The notes: generated by a model not told the origin, from the sequence alone. A DNA stretch of 64,000 nt from Halarcobacter sp. (GCA_963676565.1 OY781089.1:64001-128000), one strand, 5' to 3'; shown: positions 40,897 to 51,357, counted from the first letter of the stretch. Numbers and translations: made by a program.

Positions 40897-42678
40897 TTAT
40901 TTTTTAAATAATTTAAATACGTGAACAGTTCCACCTTGGTTTATATTCTTAATAAGTTTTGCAACTTCACCACCCCATAAAGGAACAGCTCCACCCCAAC
41001 CTGAAACGATTGCGATATATTGCTCACCATTTTGCTCCCAAGTAATAGGAGAAGAAACAATTCCAGAACCAGCATTGTATTTAAATAAAATCTCACCAGT
41101 TTCATCATCAAATGCTAAGAATTTACCTTCAGGAGTTCCTGTAAATACAAGTCCACCAGCAGTAGTTAAAACTCCACCCCATAGTGGTGCAGGGTTTTTA
41201 TATTCCCATTTAATTTTTCCTGTCATTGGCTCAATTGCTTTAAGTGAACCAATGTGATCTTCAAAGATTGGTTTAATTGTAAATCCAGCACCTAAGTAAG
41301 CAGCACCTTTTTTATAATGAATTGGTTGATTCCAAATATCCATTCCCCACTCATTTGAAGGAACATAGAATAATTCAGTCTTTTTAGAATAAGCCATTGG
41401 CATCCAGTTTTTACCACCTAAGAATGAAGGAACAGAGAATACTGATTTACCTTTTGAAGCATCACCAGGATTTCCAGGTCTTCCATCTGCTGTTAACATT
41501 GGTCTACCATTTTTATCAATTCCAGTTGCCCAAGTAATATTTGAAACAAATGGATTAGCAGTAACGAATTTACCATTAGTTCTATCTAATACATAGAAGA
41601 AACCATTTCTATCTGCAGTTGCAGCATATTTCTTACCATCTTTATTAAATGAAACTAACTCATTAACACCATCGAAATCCCATCCATCATGTGGAGTAGT
41701 TTGATAATGCCAAACAATTTTTCCTGTATCAGGATTAATTGCTAATCTTGAAGAAGAGTATAAGTTGTCTCCTGGTCTATTATGTGAGTTCCATGGTGCA
41801 GGGTTTCCTGTTCCAAAGAATAATAAATCAGTCTCAGAGTCATATGTACCACCAAGCCAAGTTGCAGCTCCACCAGTTTTCCATAAATCTCCAGGCCATG
41901 TTTTACCAGCTTCGCCACCAGTAATTCCATTTTCTTTTCCATTTAAGTAACCCATGTGACCTTCAACAGTTGGTCTAGTCCAAATTAGTTTACCAGTTTT
42001 AGCATCATAAGCTTCAACTTTACCAACAATACCAAACTCACCACCAGCTACACCAGTGATAATCATATCTTTAACAACTAATGGAGCAGCAGTAATAGAG
42101 TAACCATCTTTATATTCCGCTACTTTTTTCTTCCATACTGTTTTTCCAGTTTTTCTGTTTAATGCCACTAATTTAGCATCTAGTGTTCCAAAAACTACTA
42201 AATCACCATAAATTGCAGCACCTCTGTTGATTACATCACAACATGGTAAGATTCCACTTGGAAGTCTTGCATCATATTGCCATAACTCTTCACCAGTTGC
42301 TAAATCAATTGCATACATTCTAGAATAAGATGCAGTTACATACATAACACCATCTTTTACTAATGGTTGAGATTCTTGACCTCTTTGTTTTTCACCACCA
42401 AATGAGAAATTCCATACAGAAACTAAATCTTTAACAGTCTCTTTATTCACCTGAGTCAGTGGTGAAAATCTTTGACCATTTTGTCCATGTCCATATGTTA
42501 AAACATCCCCAGTTGTTTTATCATCATTTAAAATCTCATCATATGTTACAGATGTATATGATGGCTTTGTAACCGCTGATTTACTATCAGACATTGCAGT
42601 GTTGCTAGTCGCACATCCACTAATTAATGCAGAAAGCGTAACAGCTACTGCACTAGTTAGTAAAAAACTCTTTTTCAT
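40897..42678 (-). CDS. pedH: PQQ-dependent alcohol dehydrogenase, lanthanide-type (PedH/ExaF-like), predicted lipoprotein
   Basis: Vicinal C146-C147 (PCCDVINRG), E214 (GGEFG), N292 (GNP), D334-F-D336 ([11 protein letters not shown]), [12 protein letters not shown]; lipobox ISGC22. Confidence 0.9.
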   Translation of the reverse strand: MKKSFLLTSAVAVTLSALISGCATSNTAMSDSKSAVTKPSYTSVTYDEILNDDKTTGDVLTYGHGQNGQRFSPLTQVNKETVKDLVSVWNFSFGGEKQRGQESQPLVKDGVMYVTASYSRMYAIDLATGEELWQYDARLPSGILPCCDVINRGAAIYGDLVVFGTLDAKLVALNRKTGKTVWKKKVAEYKDGYSITAAPLVVKDMIITGVAGGEFGIVGKVEAYDAKTGKLIWTRPTVEGHMGYLNGKENGITGGEAGKTWPGDLWKTGGAATWLGGTYDSETDLLFFGTGNPAPWNSHNRPGDNLYSSSRLAINPDTGKIVWHYQTTPHDGWDFDGVNELVSFNKDGKKYAATADRNGFFYVLDRTNGKFVTANPFVSNITWATGIDKNGRPMLTADGRPGNPGDASKGKSVFSVPSFLGGKNWMPMAYSKKTELFYVPSNEWGMDIWNQPIHYKKGAAYLGAGFTIKPIFEDHIGSLKAIEPMTGKIKWEYKNPAPLWGGVLTTAGGLVFTGTPEGKFLAFDDETGEILFKYNAGSGIVSSPITWEQNGEQYIAIVSGWGGAVPLWGGEVAKLIKNINQGGTVHVFKLFKK

Positions 42679-42723
42679 GCTATCTCCTTTTATAATTGTC
42701 AGACTGAAAATTGTCTTAAGAGA

Positions 42724-42755
42724 AGTATATATGAGAAAAGTAGCAACAGTTTAGC
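42724..42755 (-). promoter_or_regulatory. pedH promoter with GCTA box
   Basis: GCTA-AACTGTT-GCTA-CTTTTCTCATA-TATACT on minus strand. Confidence 0.75.
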
Positions 42756-43533
42756 TATTGTTAACTTTTTTTGATTTAAACCCTAAAAATGCCATAATTA
42801 AAGTTATAATAAGAGATATTACTAGTACTAGAAGTGCCTGTGTATCGACCTTTAGGTATAGTGAGAACCTAATAGATTCTACAATATAAGTAAAAGGATT
42901 ATATGAAGAAATTTCATATAAAAGTATAGACGAATCTTTAATTTTCCAAAGTGGGTATAAAGCGGAACTTAAAAAGAACATTGGGAAGATAACAAAGTTC
43001 ATTACAGTTGCAAAATTTTCTAATTGTTTTATAACAGAAGAGATAAAAAGTGCAAAGGCATTAAGAATTATAGATGAAATTATAATTATAGGAATAGTTA
43101 CCACTATTGCCAAATATGAAATATCTACCCCATACAATTTAGCAATAAGTAAAAAAGTGATTGCTTGAATTGTTGATACTATTGAAGTTGCAAACATTTT
43201 ACAAAATAGTAAGAAATTTCTATTTATATAAGAAGATAAAAGTATTTTCATACTACCCATCTCCCTATCAAATATCATTGTTAAACTACTTTGCATACCA
43301 TTAAAAAGTAATACCATCCCAACAAGTCCTGGAACAATATAGGTTTCATAGGTGATATAAGTTTCATATGGAGGAGTAATAGCAAGTCCTAAAGCAGTTT
43401 TAAAACCAACTGAAAAGATAAATAGCCAAAGTAAAGGTCTAACAAGAGCTGAAAAAAATCTACTTTTTTGTTTAACGAATCTAATTAATTCTTTGTAGAT
43501 AATACCTTTCATACAATTAAAATATATATTCAT
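42751..43533 (-). CDS. ABC-2 type permease of the PQQ-ADH-associated transporter (PedC-like)
   Basis: SALVRPLLWLF, PPYETYITYETYIVPGL, LFNGMQSSL, DREMGSM, SSALYPLW. Confidence 0.85.
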   Translation of the reverse strand: MNIYFNCMKGIIYKELIRFVKQKSRFFSALVRPLLWLFIFSVGFKTALGLAITPPYETYITYETYIVPGLVGMVLLFNGMQSSLTMIFDREMGSMKILLSSYINRNFLLFCKMFATSIVSTIQAITFLLIAKLYGVDISYLAIVVTIPIIIISSIILNAFALFISSVIKQLENFATVMNFVIFPMFFLSSALYPLWKIKDSSILLYEISSYNPFTYIVESIRFSLYLKVDTQALLVLVISLIITLIMAFLGFKSKKVNNS

Positions 43534-43535
43534 GG

Positions 43536-44258
43536 CTATTTTACAATTTGATTGAAAGTATCAACCAAATTCTCCTTTTCATATTTTTCCATAATAGCAC
43601 TCACAATACCCGTTTCTACTATTTTACCATCTTTAATAAATGAAATTTCATCATCTTCATTTACCTCATCGAAAAGATGAGTAATCCAAAGAACACTTAG
43701 GTTTTCCCTTTTTACTAAATCTCTAACATAATCTAAGATATCAAATCTACTTTTTAAATCAAGTCCAACAGTAGGTTCATCAAGTAAAAGTAGTTTTGGT
43801 TTATTAATTAGAGCCCTTAAAATTTCAACTCTTCTTCTATGTCCTCCATTTAGTTTTCTAGCTGTAGTATCTAAATGTGGTTTTAATTCAAGTCTTTCAA
43901 TCTCATTTTCAATTGATTTTATTGTTTGTACAAAACCTAAGCCCTTTAATGAACCATAATAATAAAGATTTTGTCTAACAGTTAAATCTAAATCTAAAGT
44001 TGGTTCTTGAAAAACAATACCAATATTTTTTAAAGCTTCACTATAGTTTTTTATGGAGTGATTATTTATATTGATTTCACCAACTTCAAGTTTAAGAAGT
44101 CTTGTAATAAGTGAAAAAATAGTTGATTTTCCAGCTCCATTTAGTCCCAATAAAACTGAAAACTCACCTTTTTTTATATTAAAAGAAACCTTATCTAATA
44201 CCTGTTTCTTTCCATAGGAAAAATCTACCTCTTTTAATTCTAATATTTTTTCACTCAT
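43536..44258 (-). CDS. ABC ATPase of the PQQ-ADH-associated transporter (PedB-like)
   Basis: GLNGAGKST, TLDLDLTV, LNGGHRRRVEI, LDEPTVGLD. Confidence 0.85.
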   Translation of the reverse strand: MSEKILELKEVDFSYGKKQVLDKVSFNIKKGEFSVLLGLNGAGKSTIFSLITRLLKLEVGEININNHSIKNYSEALKNIGIVFQEPTLDLDLTVRQNLYYYGSLKGLGFVQTIKSIENEIERLELKPHLDTTARKLNGGHRRRVEILRALINKPKLLLLDEPTVGLDLKSRFDILDYVRDLVKRENLSVLWITHLFDEVNEDDEISFIKDGKIVETGIVSAIMEKYEKENLVDTFNQIVK

Positions 44259-44270
44259 TTTACAACTTTA

Positions 44271-45242
44271 CTATTTACTAGGAATTACTGCTAATCCCCA
44301 AGGATATCTTCCTACTTTTATTGTTTTTTCTACTTTTAAAGAATCAACATCTATTACAGATACATCACCACTTACACCATTTGTAGTATAAAGTTTTTTC
44401 TCATTCTGGGCAAAAGCTAATTGCCAAACTCTTTTTCCAACTAATAAATACTTTATAACTTTATATGTTTTTGCATCAATTACAGCAACATGGTTAGCTG
44501 GTCCTAAAGCTACAAAGGCATATTTTCCATCGCTTGTTAGTTTAATACCAACTGGCTGAATTAAATCTTTAAAAATCCCAGGAATTTTAAAACCTAATTT
44601 TGCAACACTCTCTTTTGTTTTAGTGTCAACTACCACAACAGTCCCACCAATCTCACTTGATGCCCAAACTTTATCACCATTTTTTGAAAATTCTATATGT
44701 CTTGGTCTTGCATCCACTAAAGTATTATGAACAATCTCTTTTGTTTTTGTATCAATCCAATGTAAAAAGTTAGAAGTTTCTGATGTATTAATAGCCATAC
44801 TTCCATCAGGACTTACAGCCATCCCCTCAGGTTCTAAACCAACTTCAATTTGAGATACTACAGTTCTATTTGGAATATCTACAACAGTTACAATTCCATC
44901 ATTCTCATTTGATATATAAAGCTCTTTCCCATCTGGATGTAATGCAAACTGCTCTGGGTCCTCACCTGATGGTAAATTATATAAGATTTCCCCTGTTTTA
45001 GTATCCATAGCTTGAACTGTATCATCATCACTTGCACAAATATATAATTTTTTATAATCACTTGTAAGCAGTATTCCTCTAGGTCTTTGCCCTACTTCAT
45101 ATGTTTTTATAACTTTATTTGTATCTGAATCAATAACACTAATAGTATTGTCTTTCTCATTTGATACAAATATTGTATCTGCACTTAAGATTGATGCAGC
45201 CAATACTGATAAAATAGATGTAAAAATTAATTTCTTCATCAC
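44271..45242 (-). CDS. Periplasmic YVTN beta-propeller protein of PQQ catabolism clusters (PedA2-like)
   Basis: VSNEKDNT, GQRPRGI, ASDDD, SGEDPE, SSEIGG, ALGPANHVAV, GRYPWG. Confidence 0.85.
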   Translation of the reverse strand: MMKKLIFTSILSVLAASILSADTIFVSNEKDNTISVIDSDTNKVIKTYEVGQRPRGILLTSDYKKLYICASDDDTVQAMDTKTGEILYNLPSGEDPEQFALHPDGKELYISNENDGIVTVVDIPNRTVVSQIEVGLEPEGMAVSPDGSMAINTSETSNFLHWIDTKTKEIVHNTLVDARPRHIEFSKNGDKVWASSEIGGTVVVVDTKTKESVAKLGFKIPGIFKDLIQPVGIKLTSDGKYAFVALGPANHVAVIDAKTYKVIKYLLVGKRVWQLAFAQNEKKLYTTNGVSGDVSVIDVDSLKVEKTIKVGRYPWGLAVIPSK

Positions 45243-45263
45243 TAATTCCCTTTTAATAAAAAT

Positions 45264-45683
45264 TTATTCAACAATAAAAGTTGCTCTTTCTCTATCACTT
45301 TTAGCTGATGGTAAACCTAAAGTAAAAGTTCCTGGTTTAATAGGTATAAAAGTCATTTCAATTTCACCTTCATCATCAAACTCAAACCCATCTAAACCTA
45401 GTGGTCTTACTTCAATACCGTTAATAGATATTTGATTTACCCAAATATTTCTAAAAAAAGCTGCACCTACTATAGGTATTTCTCTAGAACCATCACTTTT
45501 TAAAACAAGTTCGTAATATTTACCCGATTCTAATTTATATGGTTCACTTGCAAGTGGTTGACCCACACTAATAGTAATAGGATTTAATTTAGTTTTAGAG
45601 TGTAATAAACCCTTCAAATTTTTAGCCGTTGCAAATTCTCCTGTTAAAAGTAGCATAGCTATTAATAATACAATTTTCTTCAT
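45264..45683 (-). CDS. Exported small beta-sandwich protein (possibly cupredoxin-like), function unknown
   Basis: Signal peptide; FFRNIW...IEVRPLG...EFDDEG...FIPIKPG; no Cys. Confidence 0.6.
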   Translation of the reverse strand: MKKIVLLIAMLLLTGEFATAKNLKGLLHSKTKLNPITISVGQPLASEPYKLESGKYYELVLKSDGSREIPIVGAAFFRNIWVNQISINGIEVRPLGLDGFEFDDEGEIEMTFIPIKPGTFTLGLPSAKSDRERATFIVE

Positions 45684-45711
45684 GCATAATCCTTTTTGTA
45701 ATTTATCTTTA

Positions 45712-45798
45712 ATTGTAATGAAGCTTTATAGCTATAATATAGCGTATTGATTTTTGTTATCATATTGCTAGACTGAGGCTATACATTTTATATATACT
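45712..45798. promoter_or_regulatory. Back-to-back promoters, each with a GCTA box
   Basis: Minus: GCTA-TATTATA-GCTA-TAAAGCTTCAT-TACAAT (45743-45712); plus: GCTA-GACTGAG-GCTA-TACATTTTATA-TATACT (45767-45798). Confidence 0.75.
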
Positions 45799-45825
45799 TT
45801 TACAAAATATATTTTAAGGATAGAA

Positions 45826-46977
45826 ATGAAACGATTATTTAGTCTATTTTTAATGTTAGGGTTTATAAATGCCTTTGCACTAGAAGTAAATATTTTATAT
45901 CTAGAACAAAAAATAAAAAAGCCTCCAGTACTTTCAAATATAATTGAAGACCCAGAAGATTTAGGATTAAAGGGGGCTCAAAAAGCTATAATAGACTCAA
46001 ATAAAAGTGCTAGATTTTTAAATCAAAAATACAATCTAATTGAAAAAATCTCTTATGATAAAGCTCAATTAAAAAAAGATTTTGAAGAATTTATAAATGC
46101 AGGTAACTCATATGTGGTATTAAATGTAGAAGATGATTTTTTAAAAGTGTTACTAAATGACCCACTTTCAAAAAAAGCTTTAATGGTAAATGCATCTAGT
46201 CCAACTACAAGTTTAAGACAAAACTACTGTTTACCAAACTTACTTCATACAGCTCCTTCAAATGCCATGCTTTATGATGGCTTAGTTCAATTTTTAGTAA
46301 AAAGAGATTTTAAAGATATCTTTTTAATAAGTGGAGAAAATCCAAAAGATAAAGAGATACTAAAAGATATAAAAAGGTCAGTAAAAAAATTTAATGCAAA
46401 AATTATAAAAGAAAAAGTTTGGGATAATAATTCAGATATTAGAAGAAAAGCAAATGCAGAATTTCCTGTATTTACACAAGCTAGTGATTATGATTTAATT
46501 ATGTTAGCTGACCATTATGGAGATTTTGGGGAGTTTATGTATTTTAATACTTGGCTTCCTAGACCAATAGCCGGAACTCAGGGATTAACTCCAACAGCTT
46601 GGCATAAAGTTATTGAAGCTTGGGGAGCAGCTCAAATGCAAAGTAGATTTGAAAAGTTTGCAAAAAGATGGATGCAATCAAAGGATTACACAAACTGGAC
46701 AGCAGTTAGATCTATCATTGGTGCAATCACAAAAACAAATTCTGCTGATTTAAAAACAAACCTTGATTTTATTCACTCTGATAAGTTTGATTTAGCAGCA
46801 TATATGGGAAGAAAATTATCATTTAGAGATTATAATGGACAGCTTAGAATGCCAATTTCACTTGTTCAACCTAGGGCACTTATTTCAGTTTCTCCACAAG
46901 TTGGCTTTTTACATCCTAAAACTGATTTAGATACTTTGGGTATTGCACCCTTTGAGATGAAGTGTAAAAATGATTAA
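45826..46977 (+). CDS. ABC substrate-binding protein of PQQ-ADH systems (PedA1-like)
   Basis: Signal peptide; NLLHTAPS, PRPIAGTQGL, EAWGAAQMQSRF, GQLRMP, SPQVGFLHP..DLDTLG...C. Confidence 0.82.
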   Translation: MKRLFSLFLMLGFINAFALEVNILYLEQKIKKPPVLSNIIEDPEDLGLKGAQKAIIDSNKSARFLNQKYNLIEKISYDKAQLKKDFEEFINAGNSYVVLNVEDDFLKVLLNDPLSKKALMVNASSPTTSLRQNYCLPNLLHTAPSNAMLYDGLVQFLVKRDFKDIFLISGENPKDKEILKDIKRSVKKFNAKIIKEKVWDNNSDIRRKANAEFPVFTQASDYDLIMLADHYGDFGEFMYFNTWLPRPIAGTQGLTPTAWHKVIEAWGAAQMQSRFEKFAKRWMQSKDYTNWTAVRSIIGAITKTNSADLKTNLDFIHSDKFDLAAYMGRKLSFRDYNGQLRMPISLVQPRALISVSPQVGFLHPKTDLDTLGIAPFEMKCKND

Positions 46978-47425
46978 ATCTTTTCTTGCACTTTTAGTTC
47001 TTAGCCTAAGTATAAATGCCTATGAGGTAACAGATAAAGATAATTACTTTACTGTAAAAATTCAAGATGAAAAATTTCATGAACTATATGTGAATTTAAA
47101 AGATGAAATAAATTTTAATTCATATGTTATAGTTCATGAATTAAATTTAGCAAAGTCTACTAAGGCTGTTGCTGATGCTCTAGAGGAAAAAGTTGTTGTA
47201 AAAAATGGAATAAATTTATTGATTTGTAAAACCTCATTTACCCTTAAAATGCATCAAGAAAATATTCACAATATGACTTTTTGTCCAATGGTTATCTCTA
47301 TATACGAAGATGAAACCTCAAACTATATATCTTTTAGGAAATATCACCCTCTAAATAACAATGATAAAATAGCACTTACTATAAATAAAAGACTAAAAAC
47401 ATTAATTTTAAACTCCCTTGATTAA
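46970..47425 (+). CDS. Exported DUF302-like protein
   Basis: Signal peptide; LICK and FCPMVISIYE. Confidence 0.6.
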   Translation: MIKSFLALLVLSLSINAYEVTDKDNYFTVKIQDEKFHELYVNLKDEINFNSYVIVHELNLAKSTKAVADALEEKVVVKNGINLLICKTSFTLKMHQENIHNMTFCPMVISIYEDETSNYISFRKYHPLNNNDKIALTINKRLKTLILNSLD

Positions 47426-47509
47426 AAACTTTCACCTTAATTAAAATTTTTTTTAAATTGCTATTTAAATATATAATAATATAATGATATTATCTATAGG
47501 GAGAGAATT

Positions 47510-49636
47510 ATGAAAAATAATATAATAATACTATTGATAATTATTTGTTTCTCGATATTTTTTTTTCTAACTTTAGATATAAATAAAAATGAATTAATAA
47601 ATACAGAAAAAAAAGATGATAACTCCAAGATTGAATTAAAACTTGCCCATAATCTACCAAAAAATAGTGCTTTACATGAAGCATCTGTTTTATATGCAAA
47701 AAAAATAGCTGAACTTACAAAAAATAGAGTGGAAATTAAAATATTCCCTGAACAAAAATTAGGAAATGACTATCAAATGATAGAGCTGGCAAGTCAAGGA
47801 AAAATTGATATTATAATAACTCCTACTGCAAAAATGAGTGTATCAGTTCCCTCAATGCAATATGCAGACTTACCATTTTTATTTCCAACAAGAGAGGATG
47901 CCTATGAACTTTTAGATGGAGAAGTTGGGAAAATGATTCTAAAAGATTTAGATAAAATTGATCTTTTAGGTATTGGTTTTTGGGAGAATGGCTTTAAACA
48001 TTTTACTGCGAACTCTAAATTAACTAGTCCGACAGATTTCAAAGGCAAAAAGATTAGAGTTATGAAAAGTAGAATAATAATGGAGCAATTTAAAGCTTTA
48101 GGGGCACAAGCTATACCTATTGATTTTCATTCTACTAAAAAAGCTTTAGAAGATAAAGTTGTTGATGGACAGGAAAACCCTTTAGTTGCAATTGTAAATA
48201 TGCAATTTCATAAAGTTCAATCAAATTTAACTATAAGCGAACATGCATATTTACCATATTTATTTTCCATGAGTAAAAAAAGCTTACGAAAACTTCCTGT
48301 AGAGATTCAAGATATTTTAACTAATAATTTAGATGAGATTACAAAATGGGAAAGAAAAGAAACCCAAATAAGAGAAAAAGAGTTCCTAGAAACAATAAAA
48401 AATGAAGGTGTAAAAATACACTATTTAACAAAAGAAGAGAAAGAAGCCTTTAGAGAAAAAACTAAATATATTGTAAAAATGTATGAAAGAGTGATTGGTT
48501 CAAATATAATTTCTAAAACTGAAGAGATATTAAATAAAAAATATGCAAATAAAGATAATATATATTTTGGTTTAGATGTAAATCTTTCAATTGGAAATAA
48601 AGACTCAGGCTTATCTTTAAAAAGAGGCGTTGAATTGGCAATTGAAGAGATTAATTCAAATGGTGGATTATTAGGTAAAAAAATCAACCTTCTTACAAAA
48701 GATAATGAAGCTATTACAACTAAGGCTTTGAAAAATTTTAAAGAGTTCTCAAAAAATGACAATGTAAAAGTTGTAATAGGTGGGAAAAGAAGTTCTATAA
48801 TTTCAAAAGAACTAGAAGATATCCAAAAAAGTAAAAAACCTTATTTTTCACCTTGGGCATCTGCAGATAAAATTGTTAATAATGGTTATGAAGAAAACTA
48901 TATTTTTAGAGTTTCTACAAATAATAAATTTATTATAAATAGACTTTTAAAAGAGTCTTTAAAAGATGATAAAAAGCCCTTAATCGTTGTCGAAAACTCT
49001 ATTTGGGGAAGAGGAGCCCTAGAACTTATAAAACAAGACAATAAAGAGTTAGAATCTATTATTATAAACCAAGGTCAAACTAATTTTGATAATTTAATAT
49101 CTAAAATAAAACAACATAAAACAAAATCAATCTTAATGGTTTTAAATACTTTAGAAGCATCAAATATCTTAAAGACTTTGTATGAAAACCAAATAAAGAT
49201 ATCAATATCTTCACATTGGGGTATTTTAGGTGGAAAGTTTTATGAACAAAATAAAGAATACCTAAGTAATATCGATTTGAAATTTATTCAATCTTTTAGC
49301 TTTATAAAAAATAAATCAAAGAAAGCAGAAGAGTTTGCTTTAAGATATATCAAAAAATATGGTGAGAAATCTACTTATGATATAGTTTCTCCTTCCTCTG
49401 TTGCTCAAGCATATGATTCTACTATGATAATTGCACAAGCAATAAAAGATGCCAACTCCTTTGAGGGAGAAAAAATAAAAAATGCCCTAGAAAATTTAAA
49501 AGAATATAATGGTTTGATAAAAAAATATATAAAACCATTTAGTAAAACTGACCACGAAGCTTTAGAGAAAAAAGACTTTTTCTTTGCAAAATATGATCAA
49601 AAAGGAAGAGTTATTCCAATTGGTGAAATAAAGTAA
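47510..49636 (+). CDS. Membrane-anchored fusion of TRAP DctP-type and LivJ-type solute-binding domains
   Basis: N-terminal TM; DLPFLF, WENGFK, KIRVM, DGQENP (DctP); GVELAIEEINSNGGLLGK, AQAYD (periplasmic binding protein type 1). Confidence 0.82.
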   Translation: MKNNIIILLIIICFSIFFFLTLDINKNELINTEKKDDNSKIELKLAHNLPKNSALHEASVLYAKKIAELTKNRVEIKIFPEQKLGNDYQMIELASQGKIDIIITPTAKMSVSVPSMQYADLPFLFPTREDAYELLDGEVGKMILKDLDKIDLLGIGFWENGFKHFTANSKLTSPTDFKGKKIRVMKSRIIMEQFKALGAQAIPIDFHSTKKALEDKVVDGQENPLVAIVNMQFHKVQSNLTISEHAYLPYLFSMSKKSLRKLPVEIQDILTNNLDEITKWERKETQIREKEFLETIKNEGVKIHYLTKEEKEAFREKTKYIVKMYERVIGSNIISKTEEILNKKYANKDNIYFGLDVNLSIGNKDSGLSLKRGVELAIEEINSNGGLLGKKINLLTKDNEAITTKALKNFKEFSKNDNVKVVIGGKRSSIISKELEDIQKSKKPYFSPWASADKIVNNGYEENYIFRVSTNNKFIINRLLKESLKDDKKPLIVVENSIWGRGALELIKQDNKELESIIINQGQTNFDNLISKIKQHKTKSILMVLNTLEASNILKTLYENQIKISISSHWGILGGKFYEQNKEYLSNIDLKFIQSFSFIKNKSKKAEEFALRYIKKYGEKSTYDIVSPSSVAQAYDSTMIIAQAIKDANSFEGEKIKNALENLKEYNGLIKKYIKPFSKTDHEALEKKDFFFAKYDQKGRVIPIGEIK

Positions 49637-51357
49637 TGAAACCTAAACCAATTAAAAATAGTATAAAAAATAAAATCATAATTCAATTTACCCTCATATT
49701 ATCTGTTTTTTTGTTACTAATTTCATTTTCAATTGGTTATTTATTTATTAAAAACACAGAATCCCATGCACAAGATTTATTAAAAAATAGAGCCTTATTA
49801 ATAGAAGAAAAAATACAAGAAAGACTTTATTACCTAATTGAGCAAACATCACTTCTTTCAAAAAACTCACTTATGGTTAATTCTTTAATTGATGATGATA
49901 ATAAAGAGGAATACCTTTTACCACTAGCTTCAAATTTTATGGAAGATAAAAATGTAAAAGACCTAAATATCATAGATTTTGATGGTGAGATAATTTTTAA
50001 AACTGCTAAAAATGTACCTAAATATAGTAAATCAATATATATTAGAAATGCACTAGCACTAGGACAAACAACATATTATTTAGAGAAAAATGAAAACAAA
50101 TTTATTGTTGTTTCACCTGTTAAATATTATGAAACAACCCAAGGGGCTTTAATAGCTACTTTTAATCTTGAAAAAATCTTACGAAAATATATAGTTAATT
50201 CAAATGATGAATATATTGAGATACTAAATACTAAAAATGATAAACTTTTATACACAAATAACCACGATGAAAATAAAAAGTACTATTCTTATAGTTTAAA
50301 AAATCAAAACTTATCACTTTTTGATGAATTAAATATTACATTAAATATTGGAAAACTAGAATCTGCATATCTATTTCCCATACAAGATGCTGTAAAAAAA
50401 GTACTTATTATGAGTTTTATTCTAATCTTGATTGGAACCTTACTCTCATATTTATTAGCTGAATCAATCACTAAACCTATTATAGAATTATATAAAAAGA
50501 TAAACAATAATGAGTTTCATGAAAGATATAAGCCTTTAGGCACAAATGATGAATTAGAAGTATTATCATTTGCATTCCATGAAAAAGTAAAACAATTAAA
50601 TCAATTTAAAAATGAAGAGTTAGAGAAACAAAAACTTTTACTAGAACAGTCAAAAATGGCCTCATTAGGTGAGATGATTGGAAATATTGCCCATCAATGG
50701 AGACAACCTTTATCTGTTATATCAACTGCTTCAAGTGGTTTAAAAATGAAACAAGAATATGGGATTTTAGAAGAACATGAGATGTATTCTGTTCTTGATT
50801 CTATTAATGAAAACACCCAATACTTATCAAAAACAATTGATGACTTTAGAAATTTTATTATTGGGAAAAGAGAAAAGAAACAATTTAACTTAAGTAAACA
50901 AATTGATAGTTTTTTATCTTTAATGATGGGAAGTATAAAAACACATGAAATCAATATAGTACGTAAAGAACAAACAGATATAGAGATTAATGGATACCCA
51001 AATGAATTAACCCAATGTTTAATGAATATAATTAATAACTCAAAAGATGCCTTTGAAGAAAAGGGAATAAAAGAAAAATATATTTTTATAAAAACATATA
51101 CTAAAAATTCTTCAATTTTTATAGAAATTAAAGACAATGCAGAAGGTATTGATGAAGATATTATCCTAAAAATATTTGAACCTTATTTTACAACAAAACA
51201 TAAATCCAGAGGTACAGGATTAGGACTTAGTATGACATATAGATTGATTACTGAAGGGATGAAGGGTAATATAAAAGTAAGAAACACAACTTTTAATTAT
51301 GAAAAGAAAACCTATAAAGGGGCAGAATTTATTATTACTTTACCCCCTGTAGATTAG
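49636..51357 (+). CDS. Membrane sensor histidine kinase (periplasmic domain, HAMP)
   Basis: Two TMs, ITKPI HAMP, GEMIGNIAHQWRQP, NSKDA, PYFTTK, GTGLGL; no adjacent regulator. Confidence 0.9.
   Translation: MKPKPIKNSIKNKIIIQFTLILSVFLLLISFSIGYLFIKNTESHAQDLLKNRALLIEEKIQERLYYLIEQTSLLSKNSLMVNSLIDDDNKEEYLLPLASNFMEDKNVKDLNIIDFDGEIIFKTAKNVPKYSKSIYIRNALALGQTTYYLEKNENKFIVVSPVKYYETTQGALIATFNLEKILRKYIVNSNDEYIEILNTKNDKLLYTNNHDENKKYYSYSLKNQNLSLFDELNITLNIGKLESAYLFPIQDAVKKVLIMSFILILIGTLLSYLLAESITKPIIELYKKINNNEFHERYKPLGTNDELEVLSFAFHEKVKQLNQFKNEELEKQKLLLEQSKMASLGEMIGNIAHQWRQPLSVISTASSGLKMKQEYGILEEHEMYSVLDSINENTQYLSKTIDDFRNFIIGKREKKQFNLSKQIDSFLSLMMGSIKTHEINIVRKEQTDIEINGYPNELTQCLMNIINNSKDAFEEKGIKEKYIFIKTYTKNSSIFIEIKDNAEGIDEDIILKIFEPYFTTKHKSRGTGLGLSMTYRLITEGMKGNIKVRNTTFNYEKKTYKGAEFIITLPPVD

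Noticed and set aside
40897..42678. Methanol dehydrogenase (XoxF/MxaF) and methylotrophy
   Set aside because: Sequence features ([19 protein letters not shown]), c550 type and the acetaldehyde dehydrogenase fit the ethanol clade; no C1 pathway genes in the window
47460..47485. GCTA box at the DctP-fusion promoter
   Set aside because: Only a single GCTA, and its spacing to either TATAAT does not match the N11 rule
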